Made by a program: the position numbers and the translations under genes
Origin: Candidatus Obscuribacteraceae bacterium
Lineage (GTDB): Bacteria; Cyanobacteriota; Vampirovibrionia; Obscuribacterales; Obscuribacteraceae
Assembly (NCBI GenBank): GCA_044226015.1
Contig: JBGAHS010000003.1
Coordinates: 384,001 to 448,000 of the forward strand
Reading direction: 5' to 3'
Length of the DNA stretch: 64,000 nt
The notes under the pieces: model-generated
What the model saw: only the letters and a program-made list of their open reading frames with translations
Told to the model about the DNA's origin: nothing
Databases searched by the model: none
Shown: piece by piece, positions 1-9,950 of the stretch
Numbering within the stretch: position 1 is the stretch's first letter
Layout: the number at the start of each line of letters is the position of its first letter

Positions 1-2
1 TC

Positions 3-3000
3 GACACAAAGCCAATTTGGCGAGCCGCTATCGAGGCTAACGTCGCACTTCCCCCAGCTTATTCTTTGGAATATCTGGAAGACCTCAGTGTAATGCTGCC
101 AGACTCAGACCAAACAAGCATCGGAGAATTCGGACGCTCGACAGGTCTAATGGGCAAAGACCTGAACTCATATTACGAAATTGTGTTTTTGAAAGCAACA
201 AGAGAGTCCCAGGCAGAGCAGGCTCTCGATGGCTTGAGATTCGAAGTGCTCAGTGGCAAAAATCATGAATCACTAACTGTTTTGCAGGAGTTACTCTCAA
301 TACAGTTTGCAATAGACCTCGCCAATGCCAAGAAAGAGTCCGACTCGCAGAAAGAACTTGAATCTCTATGCAGACTCTGCTTCCTCGACAAGAAAACAAA
401 AACAGCGACGGAATTGGTTAAAGAGCGAAGAGACGACGAGGACTCCTTTGAGTTTCTTGAAACTGCGCAACTGTCCATGCGTCAACATTTCATTCAGGAC
501 AACATCGACGCCATCACCGCATATGGTGCGTTCTTGTCTCGCTCTGTTGACCTCATAAAAGAGCAAAAGCAGGCACAGCGGCTTTCTGCGATAAAAGTAA
601 TTGAAGACAGCGGTGCAAGATTACTCTCAGCAGTGGGACGAGATGATTTCATCCAACTTAGCAGAAAGCTGAGATCAATTTATGCCATTTTGTTTATCGA
701 AGAGACTGATTCTCCTCGTGCTGCTTCAGCTCAGGTTCGCAACCTGAGACAGCTCAATGAAATTGACAAGAATGCAGCAAACTATCTGGCACACATTGAC
801 AAACAAATTCAGGCGCAACCTGGAATCGGTCGTCTCTCCAGCATCGAAACTGACTTATCTCTTGGTGGAATGCAACCGCTCAAGCTTCTGCGTCAATGCA
901 TTCCGGACATCAGCGCTGAGCTTGACGCCTTGCGTCTCGAACAAATCAGAATGGAACTCAATACGGAGTCAAATTCGTTTGAGTTTGAAATTGCAAGCAA
1001 CAAACTTGAAGACGAGCTGCGCCACGCCAACGAAGCAGCCACAGCAGAACTGAAATGGACACGCACAGGCACCACCGTTAAGCGGCTGAGCGAGGCGATT
1101 AATTCCCGAAGCCTTTCAGACATGGAATCAGTCCGAAAAACAGCTGAGTCCATAAAAGGCGAAATGGATAGGTTGTGCCAACTTTTTTACTCAAACAATC
1201 CGCACGCACGAAACTCTCTGATAGCAATCATAATGTTTCTTGCAGAGCGAAAGGTGCAGCAACTGTGGCGTCAGGAGCAAGAGCTCTTACTGCCAGAGTT
1301 GCAACGGCTTTCAACGAAAGAGCTTTCCATACTCGCAGAGCATTCCGCACTGGTTCTAAATGAAGCCCAGAAAGCCAACCTCGACAGCTTTAAGCTCAGA
1401 GCCAGCGAAGCCCGAGGACTGATAAGCGCTCTAACTGCATGCAATATGCGCAGAGACACCCCTGTTGAGCAGGCTATTCTATCCATTTTCATGACAGGGT
1501 TTAAGGGACTCAGCCGTTCAAACCTGATTGATGCTTTGCTCTCAGGCGAAGTCTATTTGATGAGAGACAATGCTCTATTTGAAAGCCTCTTAAATGAGGC
1601 AGCCGTTGACGGATTCACCAGCTCACAAATGAAGCAGGTTGGAGCGCTAGCTAAACGATGCGTGCAATCAGCAATCGGCTTGCTCAGCTCGATAGTCAGC
1701 GGCGCTCTCGATGTGGGGCAAGCCGTAAGCGCCCTCGAACACTTACAGGACGCTGCAACACTCGAAGACAACCGACCAACAATCATCAAGTTACTCCTCG
1801 ATGAATATCATAAACATGGTGATAAAGCACAACTGCTCGCTATTTTAGGACAGATAGCATCAGCTGAGAATAGCGTTGACGATGCTGTTGTAGAAGCCAT
1901 TCGCCTGGCATTTGAGAAATCGGCAAAGAGTCCTTTTACAGCCCAATATAAAAGCGCTTCAAAAGGTTTCCTCAGTGTTGCAAAATTCTGGAAGGAGAAA
2001 GAGTTAGTTACACTCTGCGCCAACTTGCGATTGGACTTGCTGAAACCAATTGCTGACGTCGCCCCAAATCTATCACAAGAGGTCTGCGACGACTTACTGG
2101 CTAGACAACATGAAAGCCTGGTCCGAGGAAAAGCTGACGAGAGATTGATTGCGATTCAAATTATTGCTTCACTGCTGAAGTATGCTAGCCACTCGCGAGG
2201 AAGAGAGCTAGCAAGAGACCTTGAGTTCTTCCTCAGCCCGAGGGGAGAGTCAGAACTTCAGCGAATCGGCTTATTGACAGAAAAGCTGGGACGATTTTTA
2301 GAACTGGCAAACCTTGCGCTCAATGATTTGAGTAACGTAAAACAAGACCCCATACTCGCCCTCGAGGCTTCTACCAAGGCAATCGGCATTGTTCCATTTG
2401 AAGCAAGCAGAGCGTTAGACGAAGCGGCTACCAGTTCTGCTGATTCTTTGAATTCCACGAATCCAAACCATGCTGAAGTGCGACGCATGTACGAGAGCAA
2501 GTTGCAGCTGCGCTTCATGAACACTTCTGAGTTGAAGAAAGCATTGGCTCTTCCAATGGAAGACCGTAGCACAATGGAGTCGATGCTTATTGATGGAACA
2601 CTCAGTGCAGAATCGTTTTCATTTTTGATTGAACAAGAGCATTCAGTACTGGCAAATCTGTTTAGTGTTCCACCGCGAATCTGCTCGAACGTATTGCTTC
2701 CCGCTCTTTCGCAGCAGATTATCAACCCGTCTATTCTGGACAAAATTGTTCATCTGCCAGAACCACAGAGACAATCAACCTTAGATTTCGCCTCAAAAGC
2801 TCTCAGTGACTCGCGACGTTTTACGCAAGAGCACTTCACTTTATTTATGGCGCTTCCGCCGGCTGCGCAAATTGAGTTTTCAAAAGCTATCGAAAGCAGA
2901 GATGCAAATGACGCGGTACTCACGGCTGATGAGATAAGGGAAGTACTCTCAACTCCCTCAAGAATGGTTTCTGGACGTAGCGTAAGCGACGCAGGCGTCT

Positions 3001-6000
3001 TAATCAATTCTATTCAGAAGCGCATTCTGACGATAGAACAGGTTCATCAGTTCAATGAACTGGGGGACATGGCTCGCGCTGGGCTCTCAGGCATGTTAAA
3101 GGCTGAGATTCTCGATGGCGAGCTTACCTCGATAATTCTGCAACGTGTCAAAGCGGAACAGTGGACAGATTCAAATTTACGCGATTTAGGCGTCGCTGCG
3201 CTCTTGGGCTGGCTTCCACAGGGCTTTCTTAAGGAGTTTCTCCACGAAGATGTCACTCTGCAGACCGCTCTTTTTGAAAGACTGGCAAACGAAACACCCC
3301 AAGGCAAGCCAGGCGGGTTCTCCTTACAGGCTTTCCTGCGTCGACTCCGCAACATAAACGAATGGGTAAAGCATGGACTGCTCAATAAGGCAGGTATGAC
3401 ACTGTTGAGCAAAGCCCACGGCTCTGACCTCATTCTGATGAGCATATTGGAACACCAATCGCAAGAGCCGGCAGAAGAGAGAATAACTCCCGAAATTATT
3501 CTCCAGGTAATAATGCAGACCCGAGCAAACAAAATCGCACCCGACGTACTTGAAGCTTACCGTCTGTCACTCGAAAGAGGATTTCTAAATAAGCAGACAT
3601 TCAAATCTTTGCTTGGTCAGCTCGCTGAACAAAGAAAGGCTGGCGACCAGCTCTTGAAACTCACACCCGAAACGTTTGCTGATTTAGCACGCGACGGACG
3701 CTATCGCGATATGCCGAAACTTGTAGAACATATTCCAGTGCCGTCGAGAATGGTCTTTTCGGACACTTATGCAGTTGATGGAAAACTGGGAAGCCTCGAC
3801 CCTGAGGACTTCGCCGTTGAGACAAGAAGCATCATCAGCTCATTTGTAGAGCCCGTAAAAAATGGTGATACAGCCACAGCAATTCGCGATCTCGTAGCTC
3901 GCACTGAGTCACGCGAAGTGCAACGCGACTTGGGAATTATGTTAGGTATCGTCTGGCAAGATACGGAAATTGAATTCAGCAAGCTGAATGACATGGAATA
4001 TCTTGAGTCACTAAAACAGGAAATCATAGAACAAAACAAATTTGCCCACGAACACCAAAAACCCGAAGCAGAAGCAGTCTACGTTTCTGCTCTGGAGCCA
4101 ATTATCTGCATTCAAGACAAATACAAATTCAAGTTGCGAAACATAGACTCCATTTGGGAAGATGGACACTGGAGAGCCTGCAGCCCTCAAGAGCGTAATT
4201 ACCTTGAGAGTATCTCTCGCACCGAATCATGTTCTGCCTTATTTGCCAAAATAGGACTGCAACTCTGTCTTGATTGGTTGAGCAAAGAAGCTGAGCTAAA
4301 AGCAAAGGCTGCCGAAGACAGATCTCCAGTTAGCGTGAAGAATCTATCTGCACGCAATTTCAATTCAATTTTAGAATCAGGTCACTCGACTGTTTACTTC
4401 CCAAATGGCATGGCTGCTGAAATCAGCGTAAACCGCGAATCATTTGAAGCCCTTGAAAGTGCTTTCAACATGTACATGTCTTCATTGCGCAAAGCGAGCA
4501 AGAGTCGAGGGCGCAAACGCACAGCTGCAATGAACGAACTTCTGAATGAGTTTGAAAAGAAGGTGCCAGCATTGCTCGAGGCTTGTGGAGTCAAACTGCT
4601 AAGAACGACCAACACACCATATCTGATACCAATATACAAAATTGAACTTTCTCAGTATTACCTGCCGCCTGCTAGCAATTCACGAACACAACCCATAAAT
4701 CTCAACTTGCAGCAGGGTTTGCGAAGATTTCTGGCAGAGCACGCCAGCGGCAAATTCATATACGACGAGCTAGCCCGAGTCAAATTCAGTGGCATCACAC
4801 CTAAGTATGACCCGGTTCCGCCCGGAAGAAAACCAACTGCTATCAACCCAGCAGACCAACGAACATTGACCGAAAAGCAGAGAAGCGCAGTTGCAAACGC
4901 CATTCTCAACGACTTCTCCGGCTTATACCAGAATTGCTACACCGCGCCAGAAAATGACACTATAAGCGCCAAATTGGAAATGTGCATCCTAAAAATAGGA
5001 GCCGGTCGCAACAGTGCTGAAGAAGCATTTGATCGCGCTGAGCAGTGGTCGCATCTGATGTATTTCCTCAACGACTTCTCCCCTCTCTCTCAAGGCGGAC
5101 AAACGATCTCCGACCTTTATGATGCCGGCGAATTCAATGATATGCATTGCGATCGAGATACTTTGCTAATCGAGAATGATTACATTCAAATGATGCAAGA
5201 ATTCGGAATAGTGCCTGAACGCTGGCAATACGAAGTTCACGGGTTCTATCGTGATGAGGTCGATGCGCGACTCAAACGTGACCCATCCGAATATTTAGGC
5301 GAAGAAGGGCTGCTCGAAATCGCTGCCAATGATGTCGAAGAGCCGACTGAAACATTTGCCCGGGGCGAATCAGTTTTGTACAACGACGAGGACTATCGGG
5401 TCATCGCGCGCGTTGCTGGGAAGGTATTGTTGAAGTACGAAGGTCGCGCAAGAGAGCCATTGCAGGCGGCTCCGATGCAAGTTTCCAGCATGGAACTCGA
5501 AAGCAATTTCACAGCCGTGCAACCAGGCAATTCCATACACTTCCTGAGCAACAGCTCTAGTGACACAGCCATCTATGTATTGAGCAGTACTGATAAGGGT
5601 CAGAAACTTCTGCATACTGACTCAAGTTTGCGTTTTGTTCAAGCTGATTATGTTACTCCAGCCAACCCTAACGATAAGAACAAGAGGTCAAATCGCGAAC
5701 TCAGCTTTGCACCGGCACACTTAGCAAGAACCGCAAGAAAGCTCTTCGATTCCTTCAAAGAATACGGCATTATTGTCCAGGGAAAAGGCACAGCCCTAGC
5801 CGGTAAGCAGGAAATTCTCGGTAAGGGAGTCGATGCAAACATAAAGATTCAAGATGAGTCCGATCAGGTAAGTGATCGCCACCTGCAAATCGTAGTCACT
5901 ACAAAAGGCATCTCGGTTCAAGATTTGAATTCTGCAAGCGGAACATTCCTGAATTGGAAGAAAGTTCGCCCTTACGACACGCTACGGCTTCGCACATGCG

Positions 6001-7682
6001 ATCAGGTAAACATCGGCTCTTTCGATGGTCCTGAGCTTAAGCTTTTTTGCAAGCCGAGAGAAACTTCCACAGGTCGAAACTATAAGGTGGTGGTGGGCTC
6101 TAAAATACTCACACCCGACCGCGCACTGACTATCGGTAGAATTCCGACCGCAGATGTTTTCGTATCGTTTCCAACCATCAGCCGAATTCATGCCACCATT
6201 CGCATGGATGCCGAAGGGAAAGTTATTATCAAAGATGGTGCGGCACAAGTCCCTTCAAGCAGCGGCTTAGTCGTTAACGGAAAACAGCTCATTCCAGGCT
6301 CGGAAATAGAACTGCATCCGGGTGACGCAGTGACTACACGCACAGGAGTAGAGCTTCCTATCAAGTTCGTCGAGAAAACAAAAATTGCACTTGAGGATGA
6401 AAGCGGTAACATTCCTCGGCGTTTTCCGATCAAAAATAGCTCGCTGCGAGATATGTTTGCAGGCGTTGATTCGCGACATGGAGTGTACACGATGCGATTG
6501 CGTGTCATTCAGAACCTCACAGAAATCAGCAATCAGCTCAGCGAAAAGACGGTTGCAGAGCCAAGGAGAAGGCGCTTTACCGACGAGGAAGAGGAGAAGC
6601 CAGCGAAAAATTACAAGCTAAAACACCTCGACAAAAAGATGTTGTCAGAAATGCAGCGAATAAGCGAAAACAAGAGTAAGCTTCAGGAAATTCGCTCGAC
6701 AAAATCAATTTTGCTTGCACGTGGCTCACTGAGCGAAGCAGCTCTCGCCCAGAGCAATGCACACGCTGAAGCCGCTTCCATTACGGAGAAATTGGAAGAT
6801 GGATGGTGCAATGCCGGCAGGGGAGTTTTGTTTGACAAAACGGGGAAATTCTCAGCCGATGGCAGAATTGCCACCGCAGTCAATCGCGGTCAAGACCACG
6901 TTCTGCGTGGGGTAATAGATGACGCGAAGCGCCGTTTTGCGTCTCTGCTTCCGGAGGCGCGCTCACAAGCATTGATGGAATATGTTCGCGAGCTTTTGAC
7001 TCCTCGCGACATGACACCAGACCAGCTAGACCAGTGGTATGACCAGTTCTGCCAGGACCATGCAGGCATGCGTGTTTTGCTCGGTGAATTCATCAAAGAA
7101 GGCAAAGGAATAGCAGCTCAGCAAGCAGCACTTTTGAAGCTATTAGCCGATCAATTCGACGACCTGCAATGCAAATTGCTGCGAGGTATGCACGGCAATC
7201 ACAGCTGGACGACATTTACCTTCGATGGTGTCGAGTATATCCACGACCCCAGAGTAAGATTTATTAGCCCCATCGCGGGCGAAGAAGGCGCCGAAGCTAA
7301 AGCGAAGCACTGGATTCCCGATGCTGAAGAAGCATCAACGGCAAGCCCCGAGTTGCGGCTCGGCAGCCTTGTGACTTTTGATGGAACGAACGGTTGGAGA
7401 GTAGTAAGTATCGAAGTTGGCAGCGACGAAGTGACAATTGGCGCCACTGGAACTCGGCTAGTTAGCAGCGCCGACCTCGTACTAGCCAACCCGGGGCGCA
7501 CACTCGTTCTCGGCGACAGGTACAACATTCCTCGACCTGATGGCATGCTTGATCAGGGGCTGAACACGTGGATAATGCAATCAATTACTCGCGACGGAAA
7601 TCTGCGCATGATTAGACCAGCCTCTATTCAAATTCGGGTCAAGAAAAGCATGGTTCGCCCAATTAAGCGCTCAATTAAGTAA
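3..7682 (+). CDS. Giant (>2550 aa, 5'-truncated) protein with two C-terminal FHA domains and an EDR1/transglutaminase-like domain
   Basis: The frame is open from position 3, so the true start lies left of the window. FHA motifs ILGKG..VSDRH..DLNSASGTFLN (~5810-6040) and TIGR..ISRIH..SSGLVVNG (~6120-6360). EDR1-like GIAAQQAALLKLLAD..CKLLRG..HSW..DP (~7060-7260). Confidence 0.8.
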   Translation, partial: DTKPIWRAAIEANVALPPAYSLEYLEDLSVMLPDSDQTSIGEFGRSTGLMGKDLNSYYEIVFLKATRESQAEQALDGLRFEVLSGKNHESLTVLQELLSIQFAIDLANAKKESDSQKELESLCRLCFLDKKTKTATELVKERRDDEDSFEFLETAQLSMRQHFIQDNIDAITAYGAFLSRSVDLIKEQKQAQRLSAIKVIEDSGARLLSAVGRDDFIQLSRKLRSIYAILFIEETDSPRAASAQVRNLRQLNEIDKNAANYLAHIDKQIQAQPGIGRLSSIETDLSLGGMQPLKLLRQCIPDISAELDALRLEQIRMELNTESNSFEFEIASNKLEDELRHANEAATAELKWTRTGTTVKRLSEAINSRSLSDMESVRKTAESIKGEMDRLCQLFYSNNPHARNSLIAIIMFLAERKVQQLWRQEQELLLPELQRLSTKELSILAEHSALVLNEAQKANLDSFKLRASEARGLISALTACNMRRDTPVEQAILSIFMTGFKGLSRSNLIDALLSGEVYLMRDNALFESLLNEAAVDGFTSSQMKQVGALAKRCVQSAIGLLSSIVSGALDVGQAVSALEHLQDAATLEDNRPTIIKLLLDEYHKHGDKAQLLAILGQIASAENSVDDAVVEAIRLAFEKSAKSPFTAQYKSASKGFLSVAKFWKEKELVTLCANLRLDLLKPIADVAPNLSQEVCDDLLARQHESLVRGKADERLIAIQIIASLLKYASHSRGRELARDLEFFLSPRGESELQRIGLLTEKLGRFLELANLALNDLSNVKQDPILALEASTKAIGIVPFEASRALDEAATSSADSLNSTNPNHAEVRRMYESKLQLRFMNTSELKKALALPMEDRSTMESMLIDGTLSAESFSFLIEQEHSVLANLFSVPPRICSNVLLPALSQQIINPSILDKIVHLPEPQRQSTLDFASKALSDSRRFTQEHFTLFMALPPAAQIEFSKAIESRDANDAVLTADEIREVLSTPSRMVSGRSVSDAGVLINSIQKRILTIEQVHQFNELGDMARAGLSGMLKAEILDGELTSIILQRVKAEQWTDSNLRDLGVAALLGWLPQGFLKEFLHEDVTLQTALFERLANETPQGKPGGFSLQAFLRRLRNINEWVKHGLLNKAGMTLLSKAHGSDLILMSILEHQSQEPAEERITPEIILQVIMQTRANKIAPDVLEAYRLSLERGFLNKQTFKSLLGQLAEQRKAGDQLLKLTPETFADLARDGRYRDMPKLVEHIPVPSRMVFSDTYAVDGKLGSLDPEDFAVETRSIISSFVEPVKNGDTATAIRDLVARTESREVQRDLGIMLGIVWQDTEIEFSKLNDMEYLESLKQEIIEQNKFAHEHQKPEAEAVYVSALEPIICIQDKYKFKLRNIDSIWEDGHWRACSPQERNYLESISRTESCSALFAKIGLQLCLDWLSKEAELKAKAAEDRSPVSVKNLSARNFNSILESGHSTVYFPNGMAAEISVNRESFEALESAFNMYMSSLRKASKSRGRKRTAAMNELLNEFEKKVPALLEACGVKLLRTTNTPYLIPIYKIELSQYYLPPASNSRTQPINLNLQQGLRRFLAEHASGKFIYDELARVKFSGITPKYDPVPPGRKPTAINPADQRTLTEKQRSAVANAILNDFSGLYQNCYTAPENDTISAKLEMCILKIGAGRNSAEEAFDRAEQWSHLMYFLNDFSPLSQGGQTISDLYDAGEFNDMHCDRDTLLIENDYIQMMQEFGIVPERWQYEVHGFYRDEVDARLKRDPSEYLGEEGLLEIAANDVEEPTETFARGESVLYNDEDYRVIARVAGKVLLKYEGRAREPLQAAPMQVSSMELESNFTAVQPGNSIHFLSNSSSDTAIYVLSSTDKGQKLLHTDSSLRFVQADYVTPANPNDKNKRSNRELSFAPAHLARTARKLFDSFKEYGIIVQGKGTALAGKQEILGKGVDANIKIQDESDQVSDRHLQIVVTTKGISVQDLNSASGTFLNWKKVRPYDTLRLRTCDQVNIGSFDGPELKLFCKPRETSTGRNYKVVVGSKILTPDRALTIGRIPTADVFVSFPTISRIHATIRMDAEGKVIIKDGAAQVPSSSGLVVNGKQLIPGSEIELHPGDAVTTRTGVELPIKFVEKTKIALEDESGNIPRRFPIKNSSLRDMFAGVDSRHGVYTMRLRVIQNLTEISNQLSEKTVAEPRRRRFTDEEEEKPAKNYKLKHLDKKMLSEMQRISENKSKLQEIRSTKSILLARGSLSEAALAQSNAHAEAASITEKLEDGWCNAGRGVLFDKTGKFSADGRIATAVNRGQDHVLRGVIDDAKRRFASLLPEARSQALMEYVRELLTPRDMTPDQLDQWYDQFCQDHAGMRVLLGEFIKEGKGIAAQQAALLKLLADQFDDLQCKLLRGMHGNHSWTTFTFDGVEYIHDPRVRFISPIAGEEGAEAKAKHWIPDAEEASTASPELRLGSLVTFDGTNGWRVVSIEVGSDEVTIGATGTRLVSSADLVLANPGRTLVLGDRYNIPRPDGMLDQGLNTWIMQSITRDGNLRMIRPASIQIRVKKSMVRPIKRSIK

Positions 7683-7779
7683 TCATCAAACGAAAAGGGA
7701 CCGAATCACTTCGACCCCTTCTTAACTCAGCTCTACTTCTTACGCGATGTCTATATAAGAGATCGCAGCGCCTTAGAAA

Positions 7780-8097
7780 TTATGTTTCGCCGTAAGCGTG
7801 ATCATCACGATCAGAACTTTCAGCCGGCAACGGATCTAGACCGAGGAATGCTCGCCAGAAACTTCCGCCGCCACCAGTCTGCGCTGCCTGGGCTTTGCGC
7901 GCGGTGCTGGCAGTGTTGCTGCTAACTGAACGGTTCGTAACGGTGTTCGAAACTGTATTTTGAACAGGCTTCGGAGCTGACGGCGCCACGCCTTCCGGCT
8001 TACGCGTCATCTGCAATGCATAGCCACAAGTAGGACAAATTGACTTAACCATGGTCAGTCTAAATTTACATCTGGGACAAATCTGTTGTTGCTGCAT
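7780..8097 (-). CDS. Small zinc-ribbon protein
   Basis: N-terminal CPRC-x10-CPTC, low-complexity linker and a short conserved-looking C-terminus (FWRAFLG). Confidence 0.65.
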   Translation of the reverse strand: MQQQQICPRCKFRLTMVKSICPTCGYALQMTRKPEGVAPSAPKPVQNTVSNTVTNRSVSSNTASTARKAQAAQTGGGGSFWRAFLGLDPLPAESSDRDDHAYGET

Positions 8098-8198
8098 TGT
8101 GAATTCCCGGAGCGAGTTGTAAAGCTGTGAATCTACCAGATCACTATTCCCAATTCTGGCATATTAATGTTAGCCTCATGTTAACTTACTAGCAAATC

Positions 8199-8420
8199 AT
8201 GACAAGACACATACTAACCTTCGAAACCATATTCAAAGTGCTTTCAGCCGATAAGTACCTGCGAGAGCAAATAAAATGTCGTACTGTTCCAACGCCTAGT
8301 GGACTTTCCAGCTCAATCTGCGCGATTTCCGTGGAACTTCTCGACCCTTCTCAAGAGGACTCAGCTCTGCAAATATTGGCCGCACACAAAAATTCACCGC
8401 AAGGAATTCATCGAATTTAA
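8199..8420 (+). CDS. DUF3343-like small protein
   Basis: LTFETIFKVLSADKYL..VPTPSGLSSSICAISV resembles the DUF3343 pattern (TF.S...AL.AEK.L..P.P..I...CG). Confidence 0.65.
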   Translation: MTRHILTFETIFKVLSADKYLREQIKCRTVPTPSGLSSSICAISVELLDPSQEDSALQILAAHKNSPQGIHRI

Positions 8421-8485
8421 GTGTCTCAGAGTATCAAGTATATGTAACTTGAAATGTACTGGCACCATCTGTAGTGGCACGACCA

Positions 8486-9550
8486 CTACTTATTCAGCAA
8501 ATCAATACATTCCTGCGGCATCTTACTGAGCGGGTATGGCTTATACGGCTCCGATTCCGCTGCAGGTTTGCTGTTATAAGGCGGCTCTTTTGCCGTTTTT
8601 TTCATCCAATCGCTCAATTCCTCACCGCAACCATCGCCATCCGGCGGTGGGTCTTGCTCAACACAGGGTTCACCAGGAGGGCACTTCAGCCTCACGTGAA
8701 TATGATCATCGTGACCTTCCCAGGGCCGCAAGCGACGCAGCCAGACAGCGTCAGAACCATCTGCGCTCTTGCAACTACACAGGTACTTCTTTATCGCGGG
8801 AGTCACAAATATTCGTGCAACATTGTCATCTTGAGCCGCAGTGCGAACAAAATTCGCATGCGCCGGAGTCCAAATGCTCATATCCAGCTCTGCAGAATCA
8901 ATCTTTAGAACAGAGCCTGCACTCAGCGACTCTCGTTGCGCTTCGGTCAACTTATGTGCAGGAGCTTGCGTGAGCCAAATATCTACATCAGTTCCACGCT
9001 GATGACTTGCATGTCCGCTCGGCATAGGACCACCGCGCGGCATGCTCATGTCTCCCACCAAAAGTCCATTCCACCCAACTTTCGGAACACGTCGCCCTAG
9101 TTTTTCAACATATTCAACCATGGTCGGATGACCCCAAAATCGATTTCTCGATGGACGCATCACTTGCCACCCCGGTCCATCAGCTGGAAGTTTCACAGCA
9201 CCTCCAAGACAGCCGCAGGTCGCCTGGCCGATTGAACGCGGTGGACCAGCGCTTGCTGTCTTCTTATCTGCAAAAACCCTGCGCGCATCGGGCTCAGAAC
9301 CCTCAGAACTTGAGCCAACGCCTTCTGATTTATTTCCGTCGGGTGAAACAGGCGCTGATTCCTTTATTTGCGAGTCTGAATTTTGAGCCAGTTTTGTGCG
9401 TCTAAATTGAGCTGGCATCACCTCTGCTTGTTTTGGAGACGCCGCCTGTCCTGGAGACACTGCCTGTTTTGCTTCTGCAGCATTCGTTCCTGCATCAAAA
9501 ACAAAAAGGACTAACAAAAGAGCGCAAAAGAATTTCCCAGCTGAAAACAT
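8486..9550 (-). CDS. mepA: Penicillin-insensitive murein endopeptidase MepA family
   Basis: RPSRNRFWGHP, DMSMPRGG..GHASHQRGTDVDIW and HDDHIHVRL Zn motifs; signal-peptide-like N-terminus from ATG 9550. Confidence 0.9.
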   Translation of the reverse strand: MFSAGKFFCALLLVLFVFDAGTNAAEAKQAVSPGQAASPKQAEVMPAQFRRTKLAQNSDSQIKESAPVSPDGNKSEGVGSSSEGSEPDARRVFADKKTASAGPPRSIGQATCGCLGGAVKLPADGPGWQVMRPSRNRFWGHPTMVEYVEKLGRRVPKVGWNGLLVGDMSMPRGGPMPSGHASHQRGTDVDIWLTQAPAHKLTEAQRESLSAGSVLKIDSAELDMSIWTPAHANFVRTAAQDDNVARIFVTPAIKKYLCSCKSADGSDAVWLRRLRPWEGHDDHIHVRLKCPPGEPCVEQDPPPDGDGCGEELSDWMKKTAKEPPYNSKPAAESEPYKPYPLSKMPQECIDLLNK

Positions 9551-9950
9551 AAGACCCCTAATTAAACCGGCGCTGTGAGAGTATAAAGGATCTCGCCCGG
9601 CAAAAACGCAAGTAATCTTGATTTCATTACGCCAAATCAGCACAAGCATCAAAAGAATTCAGGTGCAAAGATACAAACTAAGTAGTCTCCTCACCTACAT
9701 GGCTGAGCCAAAAACACTACATGTGCTTCGACTAACTCGAAGCCCCAGAGCGACACCACAGGCAGTGGCACAATCACACCCCCTTCCTGGCGCTTATTTC
9801 GAGCTCTCGAAGCTAGCGAAATTGAGAGGTAGTCAATTGCTTGCAATTAGCCCTGTGCACCTGACGACCGAAGAGGTAGAATCAATATGGAACCTTTCGT
9901 TCCACTTACTACCCAAACCTGACTAGCGACCACTGGGAGCTTAGCTTCAT

